64,000 nt of DNA from an uncultured delta proteobacterium (GTDB taxonomy: Bacteria > Myxococcota > UBA727 > VGSZ01): positions 128,001 through 192,000 of the forward strand of contig CAVZJB010000017.1 of NCBI GenBank assembly GCA_963775425.1, in the 5' to 3' direction. The notes below the pieces were generated by a model. It was not told the DNA's origin. It did no database searches and saw nothing but the letters and a program-made list of their open reading frames with translations. Every line of letters begins with the position of its first letter. Within the stretch, counting starts at the first letter, position 1. Position numbers and translations under genes: made by a program. Below are positions 1-7,933 of the stretch, in pieces.

Positions 1-379
1 CGCCCGCCTGCAGGTGCGCCCCGTGGCCGACGGCGATCCCTCGAAGGGCCTGCGCTTCACGTTCGCGAGCGTCGCCATGGAGCGCAGCGACTCCAGCATC
101 CCCGACACCTTCCCCGAAGCGCACAGCGTCGACGTCCCGCTGCCCGCCGTGGGCGACGCCTCGTGGCTCACGCTCACCACGCCGGACCTGCAGCTCGCCG
201 CCGCGGACCTCGACGGCGCCTCCTATCCGTTCGCGCCGCCGAAGACCACCAGGTGGGACTTCGCCATCGAGCGCCCGGCCGACGGCGACGTCCGCCTGCT
301 CCTCTCGCCGTCTGCCTGCACCCTGAACGCAACGCAGCTCGGCATCGACGAAGACGTGCCCCCTGTGGACTCCCCATGA
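1..379 (+). CDS. Hypothetical protein, 5'-truncated by the window edge
   Basis: Open frame with high-GC codon usage; its TGA (377-379) overlaps the next ATG (ATGA coupling). Confidence 0.6.
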   Translation, partial: ARLQVRPVADGDPSKGLRFTFASVAMERSDSSIPDTFPEAHSVDVPLPAVGDASWLTLTTPDLQLAAADLDGASYPFAPPKTTRWDFAIERPADGDVRLLLSPSACTLNATQLGIDEDVPPVDSP

Positions 380-1194
380 GGCTCTCCATGAACCGCTCGC
401 TCATCGCCCCGTTCGTCCGTTTCCTGTCCCGCCGCAGCGCCGGCGTCGTCGTCGTCGCCGCCGTCGCCGCGCTGTCGGGGTGCCCGCCGCCGGAGGAGCA
501 GCCGCCGCCGGACAACACCATCTCCCCCGCGTGCACCGAGCCCACCGAGGTCGTCTGTCGCGACGCCAACACCGAGCAGACGCTCGACATGAACCCCAAC
601 GACGTCACCGCCGGAGTCATCACCGACGAGGACAAGGGCGACCGCTTCCACGCGCACATCGACGCCAGCGTCGGCGGCATCGGCGGCACCGGTTACGTCT
701 ACGCCAAGTTCACCGACACCGGGCTCGAGCGCGTCGACATCACCGACGACGAGTCCTTCGACTCCATGGATTGGGACATCGCGTTCCACCGCTTCGTCAT
801 CCGCCTCAACAGCGGCACCGGCGGGCCCTCGTGCGTCACCGCGGCGCGCACGGCCCCGGACACGGACTTCGCGTCGCTCGACAGCGTCGATGACAACCTC
901 GAGTTCCACGCCGAGGCCTTCATGTCGCAAGACGGCTGCACCATCATCCCCGACGGCTCCGGCATCGGCGCGCCGGGGACGGTGTTGCAGAACTTCTGGG
1001 AGTACTCGACCCAGCAGTGCCTGCAGATGACGGGCTTCGTCTACGTCGTCGAGCTCGCCGACGGCCACCACATCAAGCTCACGGTGACCAACTTCTACGA
1101 CGACGCCGCGCAGGCCGAGTGCCAGACCGACGGCACGCTCGCCGCGAGCCACCAGTCCGCGCAGATCCAGCTCGACTGGGCGCCCCTCGACTGA
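376..1194 (+). CDS. HmuY-family heme-binding lipoprotein
   Basis: Lipobox-like ALSGC after a hydrophobic signal; WDIAFHRFVIRLNSG motif typical of HmuY. Confidence 0.8.
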   Translation: MRLSMNRSLIAPFVRFLSRRSAGVVVVAAVAALSGCPPPEEQPPPDNTISPACTEPTEVVCRDANTEQTLDMNPNDVTAGVITDEDKGDRFHAHIDASVGGIGGTGYVYAKFTDTGLERVDITDDESFDSMDWDIAFHRFVIRLNSGTGGPSCVTAARTAPDTDFASLDSVDDNLEFHAEAFMSQDGCTIIPDGSGIGAPGTVLQNFWEYSTQQCLQMTGFVYVVELADGHHIKLTVTNFYDDAAQAECQTDGTLAASHQSAQIQLDWAPLD

Positions 1195-1197
1195 CCC

Positions 1198-2571
1198 GTG
1201 CTGCCGCTCGCCATCCTCACTCTTATCGCAGGCCGCCCCGACGACGCCGCCGGGGACGTCTTCGAGTTCGAGCCCGGCGACGTCGTCGAGACCTTCGACA
1301 GCGGCACCGGCCGCTTCGAGGTGCACTACACGCGCGCGGGCAAAAACGCGGTCCCCGCCGCCGACGCCGACGCCGACGGCGTCCCCGACCACGTGCAGGA
1401 CGTCGCCGCCATATACGACGACGTCCTCGACACCTACCTCGCCATGGGCTTCCGCGCGCCCCTCGACGACGGCGACGGCGTCTTCGACGTCTACCTCGTC
1501 GACACCGACTTCTCCGCCGACGGCCACTTCCAGTCGGAGACCTGCGACGGCGACAACCGCTGCAGCGGCTACATGGTGCAGGAGAACGACTTCGCCGGCT
1601 TCCCGTACCCGAGCGTCGACTACGCCAACCGCCTGCTCGCGAGCCACGAGTTCTTCCACGCCGTGCAGGCCGCGTACGACGCCGACCAGGGTTCGATCAT
1701 CGCGGAGGGCACGGCGGTCTGGGCCAGCGAGCACTACGACAGCGGCCTCGACGACCTCGAGCTGTTCGCCTCCGACTTCCTCGACAACGCCGACCGCGGC
1801 CTCACCGGCGACGGCGGCGGTCCCGTTGATCCGTTCACGTACGGCTCCGCGGTGTTCTGGGAATTCCTGTCGCAGCGCCACGGCGTCGACGTCATCCGTT
1901 CCCTCTGGGAGGCCTGCGACGACGGCAGCGACGCGCACTGGACAGACCGCATCGACGACGTCGTCACCGCCGCCGGCGGCACAGGCTTCGCCGACGACCT
2001 GCAGGCCTTCGCGCTCGCCGCGCTGTCGCTCGGGCCGCGCGCGGATCCCGCCAAGGGCTTCAGCGACGCCGCCGCGCTGCCCGCGCCCGTGCTCCGCAAC
2101 GAGGACGAGCCGTTTTCGCGCGCGAGCTTCGTGCTGTTCCCCGCGTCGTACGTGACGTTCTCCATCCAGGCCTCGGGCCCGGTGCGCGCGGCCATCGCCG
2201 GCGAGACGGGCGACGCGCGGCTCGCCCTCGTGCCGCTCTTCGCCGACGCCGCGGGGGATCCGCTGGGCGACGGCGCCCTCGACGTCACCGACGACACCGG
2301 CGGCCACGTCGCCGTCCAGATCGTGAACGGCTCGTTGACCGACGCCGTGCGCCCGCGCGTGTGCATCGGCGCGCCCGCCGACGTCGACGCCTGCCTGGCA
2401 CAAGACGAGGAGCCCCCGCCGATCGGGGTGAACCCGGTGGCGCCCGAAGGCTGCTCGTGCGGGGCCGCGGCGCAGCCGGAGCTGCCCGCGGCCCTCGCGT
2501 TCCTCTGGTTGTTGTCGTCGGCCGCGCCCCAATCCCGCGCGCGACGCGCTCAGAACCGGTCATCGACGTAG
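1198..2571 (+). CDS. MXAN_6640-like secreted zinc metalloprotease with MYXO-CTERM-like tail
   Basis: HEFFHAVQ zincin motif followed by EGTA; DADADGVPD; C-terminal GCSC, hydrophobic stretch and Arg-rich end. Confidence 0.75.
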   Translation: MLPLAILTLIAGRPDDAAGDVFEFEPGDVVETFDSGTGRFEVHYTRAGKNAVPAADADADGVPDHVQDVAAIYDDVLDTYLAMGFRAPLDDGDGVFDVYLVDTDFSADGHFQSETCDGDNRCSGYMVQENDFAGFPYPSVDYANRLLASHEFFHAVQAAYDADQGSIIAEGTAVWASEHYDSGLDDLELFASDFLDNADRGLTGDGGGPVDPFTYGSAVFWEFLSQRHGVDVIRSLWEACDDGSDAHWTDRIDDVVTAAGGTGFADDLQAFALAALSLGPRADPAKGFSDAAALPAPVLRNEDEPFSRASFVLFPASYVTFSIQASGPVRAAIAGETGDARLALVPLFADAAGDPLGDGALDVTDDTGGHVAVQIVNGSLTDAVRPRVCIGAPADVDACLAQDEEPPPIGVNPVAPEGCSCGAAAQPELPAALAFLWLLSSAAPQSRARRAQNRSST

Positions 2572-3155
2572 ACGCGCTCGGCCTTGGTGCGCTCGCCGAC
2601 GGCGCGCACGTGCTCGGCGGTCTTCTTCATCCACGCGTTGCGGCAGCGGACAGAGCAGTACTTGCCGGCGCCGCGGCGGAGCTGGTGGGTCTGCGCGCGG
2701 AAGGGCTCGTCGCACCAGGCGCACACGCGGAGCATCGACTTGCCAAGCTCCTCGAGGGCGCAGGCGCGGCAACGCCAGATCACCGAGAAGGGGTCGGTGG
2801 CCACGGCGAACTTCGCCTGCATCTCGCGCGTGGGCACGACCTTGCCGCAGGTCGGGCACGCGCCGGGCTTCTCCAGCGCGCCCTTGTCGACGAGGCGGGC
2901 GAGCTGGGCGAAGACGCGGCGGCGCTGCCTCCAGTCCTCGTCGCCCGCGAGGATCTCCTTGCGGCGCCGCGACTGGTCGGCGGACTTGCAGGCCTTGCAC
3001 CAGGCCGAGAGCCCGTCGCGCTTGCGCTTCTCGTGGTTGTAGCTCTCGCGGGTCTTTTCGATGCCGCAGCGGGCACAGCGCTTCACGGCCGCCACGGGGG
3101 CGACGGCGACGCCGTTGTCGGTGCAGATCATCAAAGCGGTGTCGTTGCGGTTCAT
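2550..3155 (-). CDS. Multi-CxxC zinc-finger protein (phage/HNH-associated type)
   Basis: CARC, CKAC, CPTC, CRAC, CAWC and YCSVRC motifs; GGAGGT SD upstream. Confidence 0.7.
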   Translation of the reverse strand: MNRNDTALMICTDNGVAVAPVAAVKRCARCGIEKTRESYNHEKRKRDGLSAWCKACKSADQSRRRKEILAGDEDWRQRRRVFAQLARLVDKGALEKPGACPTCGKVVPTREMQAKFAVATDPFSVIWRCRACALEELGKSMLRVCAWCDEPFRAQTHQLRRGAGKYCSVRCRNAWMKKTAEHVRAVGERTKAERVYVDDRF

Positions 3156-3332
3156 GGTGCACCTCCGGGAGGGGGCGGTGCACCGACGACGAGGAGGTCA
3201 GCGCACCGGTGTTGGTTCGAGTCCTGCTGAACCCATGTGGGCTCCTCCTGTGGAGCCCCGTAGACGGCGCCGGCCCACGTTCGATTCACCGCCCCGGTTC
3301 GGGAGACCGGCTCGGCCCATGAGGTCTCCCGA
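3156..3332 (-). ncRNA. Candidate structured 5' leader RNA
   Basis: Nested inverted repeats 3172-3180/3287-3295, 3239-3245/3252-3258, 3214-3218/3229-3233 and 3299-3308/3323-3332. Confidence 0.4.
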
Positions 3333-3583
3333 CGCTCCGCTGGAGCCGCCGCCGCTGAGCGCAAAGGGCGACGAGCAATGTGATCCATCGGCAAGGCGCG
3401 GGACGGCCCGAACCCGCCACGTGCGCTGATAGCGGGATCACAACACGGCTCGGACCCGCCGTTTCCTCACAACCTGCAGCGGTTCTTGCGCGCCGACGTA
3501 CCTCGATGCGTACGCCGCGCGGCGAGCCACCTTGTGGGCGGCATCGCCGAGTGCCGCTACGAGCCTTGTTTTTCGTCTGCCTT

Positions 3584-4900
3584 TCAGCCGAGGCCGTCGA
3601 GCCACTCCTTGACGACGTCGCCGCGGGGCTCGCCGTCCTCGACGAAGGGCCAGCGCTCCCAGCCCGCCGGCCACGTGACCTTGTCGCGCGTGAAGCGCAG
3701 CGCGTCGCCCGCGGGCCACGGGGCGTCGAGGTCCTCGACGATGAGCTTGAACACGCCGTTGTCGAACGGCTCGCCGATCGCCATGAGCTTCGGCACCACG
3801 CGCTCGCGCTTGCCGCGCTTTTGCATCTCGAGCGCGCGGTGGTGGCAGTAGGGGTTGTTGCCGCGCTTGTCGAAGAAGACATGCGCCGTCCACGAGCAGC
3901 CGCCGCGACACAGCCTGTGGTGGTCGCAGGTCTTGCAGAAGCCCCAGAGGTGCTTTTCGCCCTCCTTGGTGCCCCCGCCCATGTTCATGAGCAGCTCGCG
4001 CGTCTCGAGGATCTCGGCCAGCGGCCGCTCGCGGATGTTGCCGCCCGTGTACGCCTTGGTCGGCAGCGACGGGCACCCCTTGATGGCGCCGTCGGCCTCG
4101 ATGCCGAGCGCGTACAGACCCGCCTGGCAGCCCATCCACATGGCGTTTTCGTCGCCGGGCGCCGAGCGCAGGAGGTTTTCGTAGGGGCCGTAGTAGCCGA
4201 TGTTGTTGCCGCACAGGACGGTGACGCCGTCGGCGTTGGCGCGGCGCACCACGCGCGCGAGCACCGGGTAGACCTCGAGGAGCTCGCACGGCTGCAAGAG
4301 CCACGCGGCGTTGTCGGCGGCGTTGCCCATGGGGACGGTGAGCTGGAGCTGCCACCCCGACGAGCCCGCGTCGCGCACGGCCTCGAGGATGCGGGGCAGC
4401 TCGGGCGCCGACAGCCGGTTGATCTGCGTGTTGGTCCCGAACAGCACGCCCGCGGCGGCCATGTTCTCCATCGACTTGAAGGCCGCGCGAAACGCACCCT
4501 TCTTGCCCCGCTGGAAGTCGTGCGTGTCCTCGAGCCCGTCGATGCTCACCGAGACGCGCACGATGCCCGCGTCTTTCATGCGGCGCGCCGTCTGTTGCGA
4601 GATGCCGTAGCCGCCCGTGGTCATGGTGCAGACCATGCCGCTCGCGTTGATCTCCTTCGCGAGCTCGAGCCAGTCGGGGCGGAGGAACGCCTCGCCGCCG
4701 ATCATCGTCACCTCACCGATGCCGCACGCGGCCATCTGGTGGATCAGGTCCTTGGCCTCGTCGGTGGACAGCTCGTTTTCGCGGGCGTCGCCGGCGCGGG
4801 AGCCGCAGTGGCCGCAGGCGAGGTTGCACGCGAGCGTGATCTCCCAGACGGCGTAGCTCTTGCGCCGGTATCCGACGATCTTTTCGGGGACCTCGGCCAT
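3584..4900 (-). CDS. Radical SAM/SPASM peptide maturase, PlpX-like tyramine-excising splicease (nif11-class rSAM maturase 3 type)
   Basis: YAVWEITLACNLACGHCGSRAG (CxxxCxxC), IGGEAFLRPDW, QLTVPMGNAAD, GNNIGYYGPYE; SPASM CQAG...GCPSLP...CKTC...CRGGC...NNPYCHHRAL; SD GAGGAG. Confidence 0.85.
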   Translation of the reverse strand: MAEVPEKIVGYRRKSYAVWEITLACNLACGHCGSRAGDARENELSTDEAKDLIHQMAACGIGEVTMIGGEAFLRPDWLELAKEINASGMVCTMTTGGYGISQQTARRMKDAGIVRVSVSIDGLEDTHDFQRGKKGAFRAAFKSMENMAAAGVLFGTNTQINRLSAPELPRILEAVRDAGSSGWQLQLTVPMGNAADNAAWLLQPCELLEVYPVLARVVRRANADGVTVLCGNNIGYYGPYENLLRSAPGDENAMWMGCQAGLYALGIEADGAIKGCPSLPTKAYTGGNIRERPLAEILETRELLMNMGGGTKEGEKHLWGFCKTCDHHRLCRGGCSWTAHVFFDKRGNNPYCHHRALEMQKRGKRERVVPKLMAIGEPFDNGVFKLIVEDLDAPWPAGDALRFTRDKVTWPAGWERWPFVEDGEPRGDVVKEWLDGLG

Positions 4901-4946
4901 CAATCTCCTCTCGCGCGCGCGCTCGACCCGGGCGGCGGACGGCCCC

Positions 4947-4974
4947 CGCGCCACGTCGAGCGCGCCACGTCGAG
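4947..4974. repeat. 14-bp tandem direct repeat (CGCGCCACGTCGAG x2)
   Basis: Directly visible in the intergenic gap between the repeat protein and the rSAM gene. Confidence 0.8.
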
Positions 4975-4981
4975 CGCAGGG

Positions 4982-6373
4982 TCAGAAGTCGAGGTGCGCG
5001 TATTGCGTGAGACCGGCGAAGCCGCCGGTGCGCCGGATCCACGCGTTGTCCACCGTGTTCGGGTCCGCGGTGGACGCCGTCGGCGACAGCGCGCCCACCG
5101 GGATGAGCGCGGTGTAGCTGAAGCCGTCGGGGTGGTTTTCGTTCTTGAGCGGGACCTCGACCATGCGCGCGCCGAGCGGGAACCCGGCCTGCCAGGTGAG
5201 CTTGCCTGCGCCTTCGGCCGTCTCGAGCGCGCCGACGATGTGCTCGCGGCGGGCCTCGGTGACCTTCAGGCCGTCGCCGCCGGCCTTGTTCAAGAAGGCC
5301 TGGAGCCTGGTCTTGGCGTCGGCGTCGAAGCGCTCCGGGATCTCGTCGAGCAGGCGGTTGAGGTCCGCGCGCTCGGTCTTGCTCAGACCGCCGTTTTGCA
5401 TCGCCGCCTTGGTGAGGCTGTCCACCTCGGCCGCCGTGATGTGGCAATCGTTGAGGATGTCCTTGGCCGCGTCCTTGAGGTTCTTGCTCTTCAGATCGGG
5501 CAGCGGGATGGGCATCACCAGGCCGTACAGCGGCCGGATCACGGGCTCGCGCCCGATGGCCTGTCCGAGGCGGTGATGCGCCGCGGGCTCCATGAACGAC
5601 GAGAGCTGGTCGTAGACCTTCTCGAGGTCGGCGCGCTCGGTGCGGCTGAGGCCGCCGTTGTCGTTGGCGAGGTCGATGAGCTTGTTGACCTCGTCGAGCG
5701 TGATGCGGCGGTCGCCGATCATGGGCGCGAGGGCCTGCTTGAGGTCCTTGTTGCGCATGCCGTCCGGGATGGGCACCGGGAACACGAGCCCGTACAGCGG
5801 GCGGATCACGGGGTCGGGCATCGGCTTTTGGTCCTTCACGAAGGACTGCAGCGTACGCAGCGCGTCGGCGTCGAAGAACTGGCCGCAGTCGTCCATGAGC
5901 TTGTTGAGGTCGCGCTTCTCGGTCTTGGAGATGACGCCGTTTTCCTTGGCGATGCCGATGAGCGTGCTCACCTCGGCGAGGGTGATGCGGCGATCGCCGA
6001 GCATGCCCTTCACGGCCGCCTCGAGGTGCTTGCCCTTGAGGCCCGGGTCGAGCGGCAGCGGCACGGGCAGGCCGTACATCGGCCGGACGATCATGCGGTC
6101 GCCGAGGCCGCCGGCGCGCAGGCCCGCGACCTGCTGCGACGCGCGCGCGGCGCGCTTGAAGTCCTCGGTGCTCGCCCACCCGGAGCGCGGGAGCTGCGCC
6201 GCGGGCTTCTCGGCCTTGCCCTTGGTGGTCCCGCCGAAGCGGTCGGCCTTGGCCTTTTGGCCCTTCGACGCCTTGGGGGCGCTCTTTTGCGCCGTCTTGG
6301 CGGCGGTCTTGCTCTTGGCGACGCTGCCGGTGGCGCGGCCGCCGACCTTCTTGCTGGTGCTCTTGACCTTCAT
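4982..6373 (-). CDS. 463-aa triple-repeat protein with RP(M/L)YG motifs; putative splicease substrate
   Basis: ATG at 6373 with GGAGGGG SD; Lys/Ala-rich N-terminus; three repeats (IVRPMYGL, VIRPLYGL, VIRPLYGL), each followed by a D-x-x-IT-x-x-EV...NG-x-(I/L)S-x-TE-x-x-DL helical unit; C-terminal RTGGFAG domain. Confidence 0.8.
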   Translation of the reverse strand: MKVKSTSKKVGGRATGSVAKSKTAAKTAQKSAPKASKGQKAKADRFGGTTKGKAEKPAAQLPRSGWASTEDFKRAARASQQVAGLRAGGLGDRMIVRPMYGLPVPLPLDPGLKGKHLEAAVKGMLGDRRITLAEVSTLIGIAKENGVISKTEKRDLNKLMDDCGQFFDADALRTLQSFVKDQKPMPDPVIRPLYGLVFPVPIPDGMRNKDLKQALAPMIGDRRITLDEVNKLIDLANDNGGLSRTERADLEKVYDQLSSFMEPAAHHRLGQAIGREPVIRPLYGLVMPIPLPDLKSKNLKDAAKDILNDCHITAAEVDSLTKAAMQNGGLSKTERADLNRLLDEIPERFDADAKTRLQAFLNKAGGDGLKVTEARREHIVGALETAEGAGKLTWQAGFPLGARMVEVPLKNENHPDGFSYTALIPVGALSPTASTADPNTVDNAWIRRTGGFAGLTQYAHLDF

Positions 6374-6445
6374 GGACTCCCCTCCAGATACGCGGATTTC
6401 GTTGCTTGTAGCCGGAAACCGGCCGATTTGGCACGCTGGCGCCGG

Positions 6446-7933
6446 ATGACCGAGAAGAGACAGCGCGCGACGGATGTGAAGGTGGGCCTTTTCGTGGCCG
6501 CCGGCATCGCCGCCACCTTCGCCAGCCTGTTCCTCGTCGGACAGGAGCGGCGGCTGTGGGAAAAGACCGTCGATCTGCGGGCCCAATTTTCGAACGTCGG
6601 CGGCCTGAAGGTCGGCGGCGCCGTCCGCCTGGCCGGCGTCAACATCGGCATCGTCTCCAAAATCGAGCTGCCGCCCGCGGATCCCCTCGCCGACGAGCGG
6701 GTGGTCAAGCGGACCTCGCTCGCCAACAAGAAGCTGGACCCGGCCACCGCCTGGGACCTGCCCATCGCCAACAAGACGTTCCCGCACCCCATCAACCTCG
6801 CCCTGCTCGCGCACGATCCCGACGAGAAGCTCGAGGTCACCATCGAGGCCCAGGGCAAGAACCTCCAGGGTGAGCCCGCCAAGGAGCGCATCCTCCTGCG
6901 CCTGCGGCAGTCGGAGGGGATCGCGCTCGGCAAGATCTACTTCTCGGAGATCGACCGGGTCTCCGTCGTCGTCCTCAAGGACGCCGACACCGACGACGAG
7001 AAGCGCGGGCCCACCCTCCAGGTGGGCGATGGCACCGTCCGCAAGCTGAACGTGGTGCTGCGCGTCTCGGAGAAATTCCTGCAGCGCATCCGCGTCGACA
7101 GCGAGGCCAGCGTCGTCGGCGAGGGGCTCCTCGGCGACAAGTACATCGACATCTCCATCGGCTCCACGTCCAAGCCGCCGGCCAAGGACGGTGACCTGCT
7201 GTTGTCCAACGACGCCGTCGACTTCACGGCGGCGCTGGCCGACACCGGCGAGATCATCGACAACGTCAACTCGTCCACCGAGTCCATCCGGGCGCTGCTC
7301 GACGGCTTCAGGAAGGCCGGCGGCGAAGCCACGGTGGTGGCGGCCATGGAGTCCATCCAGGACATCGCCAACGGGGTGCAGAAGGGCAAAGGCCTGGAGA
7401 TGCTCCTCGACAAGAAGTCCGCCAAGGACGTGAAGGCCATCGTCGAAAACGCGCGCACGTCGTCCGAGAAGCTCGACAGCAACCTCGCCCGGCTCGACGG
7501 CATCCTCGCCGACGTCAAGGGCAACGACTCCCTCGCGCACGCCCTCCTGTACACCGATGGTGGCGCCCAGACCGTCGGCGACGCGCGCAAGCTCATCGCC
7601 GAGGCCACCGGCGTCGTCGGCGACGTGCGCACGCAGCCGGGCTTCGTGCACAACCTCATCTACGAGAAGGACCGCGGCGAGATCCTGCAAAACGCGAATT
7701 CCGCGAGCGCGGACGTCAAGGCCATGACGGCGGACCTGCGCCAGATCGTCGCCGACGCCAAGAACGGCAAGGGCACCGTGGGCCGCCTCCTCGCGGACCC
7801 GAGCGTCTACGAGGACCTGAAGGTCCTCCTCGGCAACGTGCGCAGAAACGACGCCATCAAGGCCCTCGTGCGCTACTCCATCTCGCAGGAAGACAAGCGC
7901 GCCGCCAAACAGCCGGAGCCGGCGCCGAAGTGA
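6446..7933 (+). CDS. MlaD/MCE-family protein with an internal insertion
   Basis: KVGLFV TM anchor, FSNVGGLKVGGAVRLAGVNIG, IRVDSEASVVGEGLLGDKYIDISIG, C-terminal GKGTVGRLLADPSVYEDL helical region. Confidence 0.85.
   Translation: MTEKRQRATDVKVGLFVAAGIAATFASLFLVGQERRLWEKTVDLRAQFSNVGGLKVGGAVRLAGVNIGIVSKIELPPADPLADERVVKRTSLANKKLDPATAWDLPIANKTFPHPINLALLAHDPDEKLEVTIEAQGKNLQGEPAKERILLRLRQSEGIALGKIYFSEIDRVSVVVLKDADTDDEKRGPTLQVGDGTVRKLNVVLRVSEKFLQRIRVDSEASVVGEGLLGDKYIDISIGSTSKPPAKDGDLLLSNDAVDFTAALADTGEIIDNVNSSTESIRALLDGFRKAGGEATVVAAMESIQDIANGVQKGKGLEMLLDKKSAKDVKAIVENARTSSEKLDSNLARLDGILADVKGNDSLAHALLYTDGGAQTVGDARKLIAEATGVVGDVRTQPGFVHNLIYEKDRGEILQNANSASADVKAMTADLRQIVADAKNGKGTVGRLLADPSVYEDLKVLLGNVRRNDAIKALVRYSISQEDKRAAKQPEPAPK

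Noticed and set aside
3211-3235. tRNA-like T-loop GGTTCGAGTCC (and GTTCGATTC at ~3279)
   Set aside because: The T-stem is mismatched and there is no matching acceptor 5' strand, D arm or anticodon arm; better explained as part of the minus-strand leader structure
6429-6444. TGGCACG sigma54-like site before mlaD
   Set aside because: No GC at the -12 position, and too close to the start codon
4982-7690. 902-aa version of the repeat protein
   Set aside because: The upstream part is antisense to mlaD; the SD-supported start is at 6373
3380-7933. 1517-aa plus-strand ORF
   Set aside because: Only 6446-7933 is MlaD; the rest is an antisense shadow of the rSAM and repeat-protein genes
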